A stretch of 64,000 nt of DNA from the human T2T-CHM13v2.0 reference genome, Homo sapiens. Below the pieces are notes generated by a model. The model ran no database searches. It was not told where the DNA came from and was given only the letters and a program-made list of their open reading frames with translations. The stretch lies in assembly GCF_009914755.1 (NCBI RefSeq), contig NC_060934.1. The stretch is one strand, 5' to 3'. Made by a program: the position numbers and the translations under genes. This document shows positions 11,102 through 24,948 of the stretch, piece after piece; within the stretch, counting starts at the first letter, position 1, and every line of letters begins with the position of its first letter.

Positions 11102-13470
11102 ACCACATGATTACATCAATAGATGCAGGAAAGGCTTTCGATAAAATTCAACACACATTCATGTCAAAAACTCTCAAAAAAGTTAGGTATTGAAGGAATA
11201 GAACTTGAACTAATAAGAGCCATATATGAAAAACTCACAGCCAACATTATACTGAATTGGCAAAAGCTGGAGTATTTCCCTTGAAAACCGGCACAGGACA
11301 AAGATACCCCCTATCACCACTCCTATTCAACATAGTATTGGAAGTTCTGGCCAGAGCACTCAGGCAAGGGAAAGAAAAAGGGGCATCCAAATAGGAAGAG
11401 AGGAAGTCAAACTACCCCTGCTAGCACAAGACATGAACTTATATTCAGAAACCCTCAAAATCTAGGCCCATAAGATCCTTAAATTGATAAACAACTTCAG
11501 CAAGTCTCAGGATACAAAATCAACGTACAAAAATCACTAGCACTCCTGGACACCAATAACATTCAAGGATCCAAATCAGGAAATCAATCCCATTCATAAT
11601 TGCCACACACTCACACACACACACACAAACACACACACAAACACACACACACCTAGAAATATAATTAAACAGGAAGGTGAAAGATCTCTACCAAAGAACT
11701 ACAAAACACTACTTAAAGAAATCAGAGATGATACAAACAAATGGAAAACATTCCATGCTAGTGAATAGAAAGTATTATTTTTGCTAAAATACCTATAATA
11801 TCCAAAGTAATTCATAGATTCAATGTTATTCCTATTAAACTACCAATGACATTCTTCACAGAACTAGAAAAGGCTATTTTAATATTCATATTATAAATAT
11901 TCATATTTATTAATGATAAAATATTCTATTTTAATATTAATATTCAGGCCCCAAAAAAGGACCTGAATAGCCAAGGCATTCCTAAGCAAAAAATACAGAG
12001 CTGGAAGCATCTGGCTACCCAACTTCAAATTATACTACAGGGCTACAGTAACCAAAACAGCATGGTACTGGTACAAAAACATGCACATAGACCAATGGAA
12101 TAGAACAGAGAACCCAGAAACAAGGTCACATGCCTCCAACTATCTGATCTTTGACAAAGCTGACAAAAACAATCAATGGGGAAAGGACTCCCTATTTAGT
12201 AAATGTGTAGGGAGAACTGACAAGCCATATGCAGAAGATTAAAACTAGACCCCTTCCTTATACCATATACAAAAATGAACTCAAGATGCATTAAAGACTT
12301 AAATGTAAAACCAAAAACTATAAAAACCCATTTCTCTGGACACAGGAACAGGCAAAGATGGCATGACCAAGATGCCAAAAGCAACTGCAACAAAAGTAGA
12401 ATTTGACAAACGGGATCTAATTAAGCTAAACAGGTTCTGTACAACAAAAGAAACCATCAACAGAGTGAACAGACAAACCTACAGAATGGGAGAAAATTCT
12501 TACAAACTATGCATTTGACAAAGGTCTAATATTCAGCAACTAAAAGGAATTTAAGCAAATTTTTAAGGAAAAAAACCATTAAAAAGTGGGCAAAGGACAT
12601 GAATAGACACTTTTCAAAACAAAACATACATATGAGCAACAAGCGTATGGAAAAAAATCTCAACATCCCTAATCATTAGAGAAATCCAAGTCAAAACCAC
12701 AATAAGATACCATCTCGCACCAGTCAAAATGGCTATTATTACAATTAAAAAAGTCAAAAAATAGCAGATGCCAGTGAGGTTGCAGAAAAAAAGCAATGCT
12801 TATACACTGCTGGTGGGAGTGGAAATTAGTCCAACCACTGTGGAAGAGAGTGTGGTGATTCCTCACGGACCTGAGAACAGAAATACCATCCGACCCTGCA
12901 ATCCCATTACTGAGTTTATACCTGAGGGAATAAAAATTGCTCTATCACAAAGATACATGCATGTAAATGTTCATTGTGTCACTATTCACAGTAGCAAAGA
13001 CATGGAATCAACTTAAATGCCCATCAATGGTTGAATGGATAAAGAAAATGTGGTACATAAACCAAACTTGGAATGCGGTACATTCCATGTGTACCACATG
13101 GAATACTATGCAGCCATATAAAGGATGAGATCATGTCTTTTGCACGAACATGGATAGAGCTGGAGGTAGTTATCCTTGGCAAACAAATGCAGGAACAGAA
13201 AACCAAATACTGTATGTTCTCACTTATAAGTGGGATATTAATGATGATAACATGTGGACACATAGAGGGGAACAAAACACACTGAGGCCTATTGAAGGGT
13301 GGAGGGTGGGAGGAGGGTGAGGATCAGGAAGAATAACTAGTAGGTACTAGGCTTAATGTCTGAGTGATGAAATAATCTGTACAACCAACCCCCATGACAC
13401 AAGTTTACCTACATAACAAACATGGACATGTACTCCTGAACATAAAATAAAAGTTAAATTAAAAAAAAAA
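11102..13470 (+). mobile_element. 5'-truncated L1PA (L1PA13-16-like): 3' half of ORF2 plus 3'UTR
   Basis: ACCACATGATTA...GATAAAATTCAACA ORF2 sequence; 3'UTR GGATCAGGAAGAATAACTA...CCCCCATGACACAAGTTTACCTA...AAAATAAAAGTT, then an A tail. Multiple frameshifts and an internal (CA)n at 11603-11652. Confidence 0.92.
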
Positions 13471-14082
13471 ACTAAAAATTACATGCAATATTTGTAGTGG
13501 TACAAATATATTTATGTAACTGTAAAAAAGAGAGATGTATAAGAATATATACAAAATGTAATAATGGTTACTTCCAAACAATACATGAAGGCTAGAAGTT
13601 GAGGTGTTTTTTTTTTAATCTGTAAGGTTTTAATTCTTTTAAAAAAGAAAAAGTATTAGTGTATTGTTTCACAATTTTTAAAAAATGTACAAGAATGTTC
13701 TTATTTCTACCATATTGGTCTGCTTCTTTGTATTTTTTCTGGCCCAACCCAAATCAGTCTTTTCAAAGTTTATCTACATTGGTTAGAGATGGAGCCTTAT
13801 AGAACATTGAATTAAAGGCAGACATCCAAACAGTTATTGTATGGAACAGATCTGCGTACTAAATATGAATGTGTGTATTGTGTGTGGGCTTATAGTATTA
13901 ACAATACACATTATGTCTTTTTGTTTTTTATGTGTATTGTCTGTGTACCTGTGAATTTCAGTATTCGTGAGCTATGCATTAATGTATACCACAGTTAAAT
14001 AAATGAATTAGTTGCAGAAAAAGGAAGATCAAAGTTGGAAGGCTTTATCTATCTGATTTTAAGATGTACTAAAAAGCCACAG

Positions 14083-14118
14083 AAATAAATAAATAAATGA
14101 ATAAATAAATAAATAAAT
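14083..14118. repeat. (TAAA)n tetranucleotide repeat
   Basis: Directly visible. Confidence 0.9.
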
Positions 14119-14132
14119 GGACTAGAATAGGT

Positions 14133-14352
14133 AGGAATTAGTCAACTTTATCCTTAAGGGCCAGATATTAAATATTTCAGGCCTTGTGGGACACATATGA
14201 GGTGTCTGTCACTTTTTGCCCCTCTTCCTCCTCCTTTCTCCTCTTCTGCCTCTTTTTCTACCTCTTATTTTGACAATACTTTAAAGATGCCAAAATTGTT
14301 ATTAGATTGTGAGCCACATAAAAACAGCCCAGGAGTCATAATTTGGCAATTT
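14133..14352 (+). mobile_element. MER58 (hAT-Charlie), MER58C-like
   Basis: AAGGGCCAGATATTAAATATTTCAGGCCTTGTGGGACACATA...GAGCCACATAAAAACAG...ATAATTTGGC. Confidence 0.65.
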
Positions 14353-15535
14353 TTGGAACAAAGGCAAAAAACAGAACCGCAGTAGCCTTTCCACTAACAC
14401 TTCACAGGAATTTGATGGATCAGGAAAAACCTTTGTAACACATGATGCTAGGACAACTGGGTATCCATATGAAAAACAAAAGTTAACCTTAACCCCTACC
14501 TCCTAACAAACACGAAATTAATCAAAGAAGGAGCAAACGTAAGAGTAAAAGGCCAAACTACAAAGTATTTAGAAGAAAACAGGGGATTATCTTCATAACC
14601 TGCTATGAAACAACACAGTAAGAAACAACCATAAAAGACAACTTTAATATATTAGAGTTTCTTAAAAATTTAAAACTTTTATTCTTCAAAAGATACCTCT
14701 ACATTAATTATAAACTGGAAGAAAAATATTTGCAGAACTTGTGTCTAACAAACACTTGTATGCCGAATACACAAAACTCTATGACAACTCAATAACATAA
14801 GGACAAATTTTAAAGTGGACAAAACACTTGAAAGAAACTTCCTGAAGGAATGTGCATGAATAAGTAATAATTACATGAAGTGCTCAATATCCATTGATAA
14901 AAATTTCTTAAATAGGCAAAATGAATCTATAGTGATAGAAAACAAATCAGTGGTTGCTTGGGGAAAAGGATGGAGAAAATTGATTGGAAAAGAGTACCTG
15001 GGAACTCTTTAGAGTATTTAAATGTTTTATACCTTGTCAGAGTGGCAGTTACATGTGTGTATATACTTTTCAAAGCTGTATAGTTAACGTTGGTATATTT
15101 CATTGATTTCAATGTAGGTAAATCTAACCTCAAATATCCATAAATATAATAATCATATGGAAGGTCACTTCCAAATTGGTGGAGGAATAGTTGAAAAAAT
15201 AGTCTAATATTATCATTTTTTAATCTGGATAATGGCTCCAGGATAGTTTGTTATGGCATTCAATTTATTCTGTATATGACTGAAATTTTAAAACTCTTAA
15301 GCTAAAAAGCATTTGTCACATGCTTTTGCTGAAATATTGGTTCCTTGTAACTTCTCACTTAATTCAAGCAGACATCTAAAGGTGATTTATTTTCCACCCA
15401 GAAAACTAAGAGTACAAGGATTCACTTGTGTCCACAAGGGAATCAAGTGATCCAGGAGAATGTGCTTCACTATTTTTTGCTTTTCCTGACCCTTAAACAG
15501 CTTCTAATTCCTCTTGCTAAAAAAGGAAAAGGGAT

Positions 15536-15838
<303 letters not shown>

Positions 15839-16335
15839 GGAAAAGGAAGCAAAGAAAATAGAAAAGTTACTTCCTCTAAGGTAACCCTAGGAGTTTTCTT
15901 CACTATATTTAGGAACATAATTAGCTGTTTTTTTAAAAAAAAAAAATTGATGCATGCTTGCTTTCTCTCTATATAGAACTATATTTTGCAGAAGTGTTAA
16001 TGATGTTTTGAAGGTGACAATGTTATCCCACAACATATAATTTCCTCTCTTAAAAGTACTATCTTTGAAATGGGCTCACATAATATGTAAATATATGGCG
16101 ATAAATGTATAGTCTCATTACAAACTATAAGAATTATTCCATATATGTAAAATATGAACTACTATAATTGGGTGTAAAACCAAGGTTGTAAATTTAATTT
16201 TAATAATTTGCCTATAATATTTATCAGTCCAAAGTGATTTGAAAAGAAAATCTATTATCATGAGTTTTACAATATTCTTACATTATTTCTATCATTATGT
16301 ATGAGACAAATCATGATGTGACAGCATGTGACAAG

Positions 16336-17210
16336 TGTAGCAGATGCTGTGGATCAGCTTACACAAAACTTATTCCAACTACCTCCTTTGCACATGTTTC
16401 TGAACCGCATAACTGAGAAGCTAAAATTATACTTAAAGGATTCAATTGCAGCTATGATTCTATGTATGATTGGGGTTACTCTGACAAGATTATTTTTTAT
16501 ATAAGACATTGTTCAGAATGTACTATGAAGGGGACAGGTGTTACACTTTTTGCAGTTACAAATCGGGGTGGAAGTGCTGTGGTTCTGCTGTTAGCTGTGG
16601 TTCTGTAGTTGGCAATGCTGGCATCAGCTTTCTGGAACCAGGCATCTGGATCATGGGAAAGGCAGCATTTCCTAGGTGATATGGCTTGGCTATGTCCCCA
16701 CTAAAATCTCATCTCAAATTGTAGCTCCCATAATTCCCTCATGTTGTGAGAGGGACCCAGTGGGAGATAATTGAATCATGGGGGCAGTTTCTCCCATAGT
16801 ATTCTCATAGTAGTGAATAAGTCTCATGAGCTCTGATGGTTTTATAAGGGGAAACCCCTTTCACCTGGCTCTCATTGCCTTGTCTGCCACCATGTGAGAC
16901 ATGTATTTTGCCTTTTGCCATGATTGTAAGGCCTCCCCAGCCAGGTGGACCTGTGAGCCCATTAAACTTCTTTCTTTTGTAAATCGTCCAGTCTCAGGTA
17001 TGTCTTTGTCAGCAGTGTGAAAATGGCCAAATATACTATAGCAGATCAGTTATGTTGTGGTTTTGCATCTCATTCCTGGTAGATCAAAACAGAATCTATT
17101 TCTTCCACCCTTTCAATCATATGTGAACTATTTATGCCACTTAATAAGTCCCTTCAGCTTGAAGAAGCTAGAGTATATTGTTTTTTGTAACTAGTATCCC
17201 TAACTGATAT
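16336..17210 (+). mobile_element. LTR33-like ERVL LTR, split by a THE1 insertion
   Basis: TGTAGCAGA start; AAGCTAAAA...TTGCAGCTA motif; 3' end AATAAGTCCCTT...GCTAGAGT...CCCTAACTGATA. Confidence 0.6.
16677..17035 (+). mobile_element. THE1 solo LTR (THE1B/C, ERVL-MaLR)
   Basis: TGATATGGCTTGGCTATGTCCCCAC...GGTATGTCTTTGTCAGCAGTGTGAAAATGG, ~360 bp. Confidence 0.9.
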
Positions 17211-17426
17211 TGCAGACTTCACATAAAAACATCCTGTTGAAGATGAGGAACTAGAAGATTCTTTCCCCAGGGACATATGATATTAAAAAAAAGCTACAGG
17301 TAGCTGGTCTTTACTGTGTACATTATCAACCTCTTACCCAAAATACTATAGTGGTATTCACTGCTATAACTATTTACAGTATATTCAGCTGTTTTCTTAC
17401 AGTCTTAGCAAAACCATCTTCTCATC

Positions 17427-17799
17427 TGTTATGACTTGCATGTACCCCCCAAATTTTGTGTATTGGAAACTAAATGCCCAAACTCATATGTTGATGATAT
17501 TTGGAGGTGGGGCCTTTGGAGGAGGTAATCAAGATTAGATAAGGTCTTTAGAGTTAGTCCCCCATGTTGAGACTGGTGGCTTTAGAAGAAAAGAAAGATG
17601 TGAGCTGACTTGGGTGCTCTTGCCCTCTCACTATGTGCTGCCCTCTCACCATGTATGATACAGCAATAAAACCCTCACCAGATGCCGATGCCATACTCTT
17701 GGACTTCCAAGCCTCCAGAACCATAAGAAATATTTTTTTTCTTTATTAATTACCCAGTCCACAGTATTCTGTTACAGCAACAGAAAAGCAATTAAGACA
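17427..17799 (+). mobile_element. MST-family MaLR solo LTR (MSTC/D-like)
   Basis: TGTTATG...TTTGGAGGTGGGGCCTTTGG...GGACTTCCAAGCCTCCAGAAC...TAAGACA; 5-bp TSD TCATC/CCATC. Confidence 0.8.
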
Positions 17800-19204
17800 C
17801 CATCTCACACCTGGTTTTGTCTATACCTTGTGAGAACCTCACAACTGTAATTCTTCTGTATAACACATCAATTAAAATAGAATCTAGACAAAATGTCAGT
17901 ATTAAAACAATCAGGAAAACCGTGCTGGGTTGATAATAAGGCCACAATATTTGCTGCCTCTGAGAATTTGGGAAGGGATGGATTTGAAGAAGAAGTTTTC
18001 TGCTTGCATATCTAGTTCTTATTCATAAGCACACAAGCCTAAGGGGAAAAATTCAGGCTCATCGTCCTTTTGATTGCTTAAAAGCATGTAGCAGCTTCCA
18101 ATTTACCTTTCCTAAAGAACAAATCAGGCTGCAGAAAGATCATGGTTTTGAATTCAGCCATGGCTTTTAATTTATTTCTTTTAGACTTTGCTTGACTGGA
18201 AAGCTCTGGAAGCTGGGGTTCAAAGGCAATTGTGTTTAAAGAAAATACTTAGTTGGGAATATTCTAACAGCAACTGATGGGTTTAATAATTCTTGTAGAT
18301 ACTATATAAAATTTTGAATAGCTAGTATTTAGGTAAATAATTGCAAAGAAACACTCTTCTTTTGGAATAAATTACATGGAGTCCTGTTGCTGTCTACTTG
18401 CAAATAATCTCATTCACGTTTTGATGAAACTCACAATGTACACATTTTCTGAGGAAAATGGAAACAGGAGGCCTCCTGAAGGTACAATAAGATGATTATA
18501 TTTATTTTCAAACCTTTAAGGAAAGCTCCTGCAAGTTAGGCTAAAATGTAAATTTTAGTGAGGATTCTATTAGAAGTTCCAAGGCAACAGTTACTTTCAA
18601 AAATGATAGACCCACTGTGAGCAAAAGAGAGAAGATAAGGACTCTGACTGAGCTGGCATTGTTGAATAAGGGCCCTGATTTGCTGCTCAATAGCTGACTC
18701 TGCAGGTTTCAATTATAGGAATAGCTGGAATAATACTGCTCTACAATATTACTGGTAGAATTTGCAAAGAATTGATATATAGAGTTTAAGTATGTGTCTC
18801 TGTATGTGTGTTTGTGTGTGTGCATGTGCAGCACACAGACATGCATTATGAAAAGGGAGTTATTCAAGTAAAAAGCACCTGCCGCTACCATAACAGGTAT
18901 GATCTAGGCTGACCCATGATGCTTGGGTGGGTGGTGGGACATTAAGAATAGAACATTTAACTACAGGCATGCTTATATTCCAGTTATATATAGGCCACTG
19001 CACCTCTAAATTGTTGCACTAGAGTCTTTATTTTGGCTGGATTTAAAAGCCACTTCCCAAAATTTGTGCAGAATCTTTGTAGTTACATAATTAAAAATTG
19101 AAAGAATTTAAAAAATAACAACTGTAGTCTCACTGACTTTTTAAAATAAAATTAAAAGACCAGTATAACTGTAAGCCCTTGTTCAGAAAAATGTTAATTC
19201 CTTA

Positions 19205-19420
19205 CGATCTAGACTCAGAATGTGGGGTTTGAATCACAATTCTATTAGTCACTAGCAATGTGATCCTGAGAAGATTACTTAGTCTCTCTGTCCCACAGTG
19301 CCTGGTTTATAAACTGGGAATAATATTTATTTTAAAGGATTAAATGATAAGCTACAGATATGTCTTTTTGCAGTGTGACTAGAACATAGTAAACACGTAA
19401 TAAGTGCTGGTTGCTGCTAC
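19205..19420 (+). mobile_element. MIR SINE
   Basis: GGGTTTGAATC...CACTAGCAATGTGATCCTGAGAAGATTACTTAGTCTCTCTG core. Confidence 0.7.
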
Positions 19421-20485
19421 CATAATGATCAGTGTATTTCTATATTGTATATTTCTGGATATCAGTACTTTTGATATAAGACTAGACAGTGAATTCCTCA
19501 ATTACAGGGGCTGTGTCTCCAGTAAACAAGAAAATGCCTGTCACACAGCACTCACATTAAAAGCTTAGTTGAATTGATACAACTTGTCAGAGTGACTAAT
19601 ACTGAGGGCACGATGGCCTTATCATCAGCATATCCTCATTACTTTGACTAGATTATTTAATTTATTCTCTTTTACTCCCTTTTACTTCTACTTCAGTTAA
19701 AGGCAACTGGGGAGTATAGAAATTTGAATATTTAGCTTTTTGGGGCTATGTCCGTAGTTTATTCACTACTTAGGGTGACCTGTGCACATGCTAAATGATT
19801 AAAGAAGGCAAATTCTAGGATGGTAAGTAGAGAAATGTGCATTATAGATTGAAGGCATGTGATGGGCAAAAGAGCCTGAGGAACTGACAATAGATGGAGG
19901 AACTGACAATAGATGGAGGTCAGTAAACAAACTGAAAAACAAATGTAAGGGAAAACATCTGATAAAATTAAAAAATAAATATCTTATTTAAAAATATACA
20001 TCTTCTTAAATATATATTTATATTTTAATATATATTTAAAATTATATATATGTTAAGTAAAACAGAAGTTACTAAAGGAACTTCCACCTTTGTATGTTTG
20101 CTTGAATATTACATCTTTAAAATAGCTTTTGCAAGAGATGTTTCACAAAAGAAGTTGATCTTACAGGTATTGCAGTTTTCTCTAAAATGCCTAAAGATTA
20201 ATACTCCGCAAAGTATTTCAGTCAATTTCAAGTTGGGGAATTTGGATGACCAAGACATCTCTGTTCTCTCAATTCCTCAGAGGACATACACCGAAGTTAG
20301 TTGTGATAGTAGTTATTATGCCTATTAAGGGTGAGATCCTTCCAGGTTCTAGCTTCTATTGTCCTCAAACACAGCACTCTGAAATTCTAGCATTAATGAC
20401 TGTTACTGGCTACTTACAACAAGCAACTTCACTTGGATCTACCATCCAGTTTCCAAGCTACCAATATTACCTTGTTGCATTGTTT

Positions 20486-20654
20486 TTGTTGTTGTTGTTT
20501 CTTTTTTTGCGACAGAGTCTCGCTCTGTAGCCAGGGTGGAAGGCAGTGGCGTGACCCCGGCTCACTGCAATCTCCGCTTCCCTGGTTCAAGGGATTCTCC
20601 TGCCTCAGCCTCCTGAGTAGCTGGGATTAAAGGCATGAGCCACCACGCCTGGCC
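20486..20654 (-). mobile_element. Monomer-length Alu (right-arm body joined to a left-arm 5' end)
   Basis: GACAGAGTCTCGCTCTG...GTAGCTGGGATTAAAGGCATGAGCCACCACGCCTGGCC, with no linker or second monomer. Confidence 0.9.
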
Positions 20655-21077
20655 ATTACATTGTTTATGTACAAGCTAGATGATAAGGACCAGGCAACAC
20701 TTGTGCTATCATATTGCATGTGTGCAAGGCTACACAGCCTGTTGATGCACACAGGAGAGACTAAGAAAGGCAGACCTGGCCATGGCCTACCTACTTGCTT
20801 ACTGAACTTTGTATTCCACGAAAGAAGGGAGCATGAACATATGTTTAGCAGGAAACTTAAAATCTAGCAAATTTCCTGGCACACAGTATTGTATTCTAGT
20901 TGTTTGTTAAATAAATGAATGGTCTGTATACAATATAGCATCTCTCTCTCTCTCTCAACGAATAGCAAAATTTTTTAATAGACAAGTAACGAAGGGCCTT
21001 CCAATTTAATGATAATAATACATGGTTGGCTATCTATTACAGCTCTTTGTGATTGTTGGTTTGTGAATTTGAAGGCA

Positions 21078-21260
21078 CTATTTCTCAAAGTGAAGTCCAG
21101 GAACCACTTAATCAAAGGTCATCTGAGTTGCTGTTTAAAATTTCAGATTCCTGGGGTCACGTCCTGCATCTCCACCTCTGACAACAATATTCAGGAAACT
21201 ATATAATCAACAGTCTACCAAGGTGATTTTATGTACACTACTATTGCAAAACCTTAGTGC
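21078..21260. mobile_element. MER5-type hAT-Charlie MITE
   Basis: TTTCTCAAAGTG...CAGATTCCTGGG...AGGTGATTTTATGTACACT. Confidence 0.6.
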
Positions 21261-21491
21261 TAGTTCATTCTCTAGGTGAACAAATGAAACAAGTATAAAT
21301 ATGATAAAAAGTAAGAGATCTATTGATCATATTTCTACATGAAGAGATTTTCTATTTCAGAAATTGAAGTAATCAGCTTTTTAAAAAAGCCTTTTTGGGA
21401 ATCAATGTAAGTTTCATAATTCAGCCAGCTGACCAATAAATATTAAAAAATGTTTAACTTTCTTATATTTCATCATTTAAAAAAATGAGAA

Positions 21492-21860
21492 ATTATTCCA
21501 TAGTCTATGTCTGTCTGTATACATTATTTAGCTCCCACTTATAAGTGAGAACATGCGGTATTAGACTTTCTGTTTCTGAGTTATTTCACATACGATAATG
21601 GCCTACAATTGCAATAATAGACATTGGAGACTTAGAAGAATGGGAGGGTGGGAGGAGGGTACTGGATGAGAGACTGCTTAATGGGTACAATGTACACTAT
21701 TTGGGTGATGATTACACTGGACATTTGGTAATCATCACCCAAATCTTTACCCAAATAGTGTACATTGTACCCATAAAGCAATCTCTCAGCCTCTCACTAC
21801 TACACAATACATACATATGACAAAACAACACTTGTACCCCTTAAATTTACACAAATAAAA
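21492..21860 (+). mobile_element. L1PB/L1MA-type 3'UTR insertion with 5' inversion (twin-priming structure)
   Basis: 21492-21607 is antisense L1 3'UTR (CTCCCACTTATAAGTGAGAACATGCGG); from ~21612 it is sense (AATAATAGACATTGGAGAC...TTGTACCCCTTAAATTTA). Confidence 0.85.
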
Positions 21861-21869
21861 CACTACAAA

Positions 21870-22340
21870 AGAAAATTGAAGAATGATCCTATTTATAATA
21901 GTGACATGAACTAATTTGAAACCATGTACTCATAGGAGATATAAGAAGAAACAATAACATGTCCTAGAAGGCCAAAAACTGAACACTTGAATCAAATGAA
22001 AGACATATCATTATCTTGAATGAGAAGATTGAATATTACAAACGTGTTCATTTACTCTAATCTACAAACTTAACATTAATCTACAAATTTAACATAATTC
22101 CAATCAAACATTTTTGGGGGGTTTTGGACCTGGCATGTTTACATGACGGAATAAATGTGAATAATCACCAGGTAACTCTATAAAAAGAAAGTTATTAAGA
22201 CAGAGTTCTCCTATAATGAATGACAAACATAATATTGGGCTACAGAACAGAAGTAGGTATACAAATATGGAAGAATATATTACATTTATTTTGAAATTAA
22301 ATTTTTGATAAAGTTAGAATTTTCAGTCAGTGAATACTTG
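21870..22340 (+). mobile_element. Old L1M ORF2 fragment
   Basis: AAATGAAAGACATATCAT...GAAGATTGAATATT...AAATTTAACATAATTCCAATCAAA. Confidence 0.55.
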
Positions 22341-22374
22341 ATACTTTATTTAAAACACAGTTGTCAACTTTTTA

Positions 22375-22585
22375 CTATATGTCAGGCTATATGAAAATAT
22401 TAACTGATTTAAGTCTCTTTACAATCTTACAAAGACTTACAAGTTAAAAATTTTAAATTTATAATTTTAGATACATGCCATTATCAGCATTATATAACAC
22501 ATGAGAAAATGAAGCCCAGAGAGTTTATGTCACTTGCTGAAAGCAACAGCAATAGTAAGTAGTAGAGCCAGGTTGTCTGAATGTT
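22375..22585 (-). mobile_element. MIR SINE
   Basis: ATGAGAAAATGAAGCCCAGAGAGTTTATGTCACTTGCTGAAAG...AGTAAGTAGTAGAGCCAGG is the reverse MIR core. Confidence 0.7.
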
Positions 22586-23726
22586 CTTTAATACCATGAT
22601 ATAAGATTTAGGCTGGCACTTGAAGAAAAAGAATTAAAATCATACTAGAGTTCTTATTTTAAAAGCAGATTCAAAATAGAATTTTATTTCATTTAAATGA
22701 ACAACATAAAACCAGGAACGTATTAGAAAAAAAATTGGTAAGTATTTGCATCAATTGATGTGGTAAAACGTGAAATGTGATATCAAGTTACATAAAGGAA
22801 AAATATTCAACCAGAAATACCATTTCACATAGAAATGTTTAAAATGTTTCATATTTCACATAGAAATATTTAAAATCTATACCTCTAAAGTATTTATGAA
22901 AAAATTCAAAATATGATAAGAAAGTACATTGTGGTATATGTTTAAATTGTGGTAATATGTTTGTTTTTTTCCTATTGTCACAGCTTAATTATTGATAAGG
23001 TCTTTATCCACAAAAGGGGTTCAAACTGTGCAATACATTTTTGTCACACTAATTACAAAGGTTAGTATTACTATGAAACAAAAGTTTCAAGATCAATTAA
23101 AAAATATGGATGTTCCAAGAAAAATTGAAGAAATTTTTAAAAATAGTCAATAGTTTAAAAAAATCAGACAGAGAAGGAGGTAATAAAAACAGAGAAGTAC
23201 TAAAGTAAGTAACAAGAGAAGAAAAAAAGGTAGAAAGAAGAAAATAAATATTCCATGTTGTCAAGAAGGCAGGAGATTCTCAAATTTTAGCAATGGGATT
23301 ATTTGAAAGTAATTTAGAAAATAGTTAAGTATTTATGCAAAATTATTTTAAATAATATTCACAGATGTGATATATGTGAAAAGAAAATAGTTGAACATAA
23401 TCAAAAAATTCAAAGATTATAAAATGTATTATTACAATCTATATACCACATATTATATTGGCCACTAGGGGTGATATAAAGGTAAATTTAGTGTGACAGA
23501 CAAACAATGAAAATATTAGAAATGGTAGAAAGGTGACTTTATTGACATTGACAAAATGAGAAATAAAATGGGAAATATTGTATGATCTCGATTGGGTAAA
23601 AGACAATTTATCTACGTGTGATTTTCCCATACAAATCATTTGATCCAAATGGTATTTCCAATGACAACTGAAAATATAAAGTGAATTTAAGGAGGTGAAT
23701 AGGTATAATATTTTTTTAAAAATCGA

Positions 23727-24948
<1,222 letters not shown>

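Larger units (their letters stand above)
14030..15133 (+). mobile_element. Old L1 (L1MD/L1ME-like) ORF2 end and 3'UTR fragments, interrupted by MER58
   Basis: ATGCTAGGACAACTGGGTATCCATATG, TTTAGAAGAAAACA and 3'UTR ATCTATAGTGATAGAAAACAAATCAGTGGTTGCTTGGGG. Confidence 0.65.
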
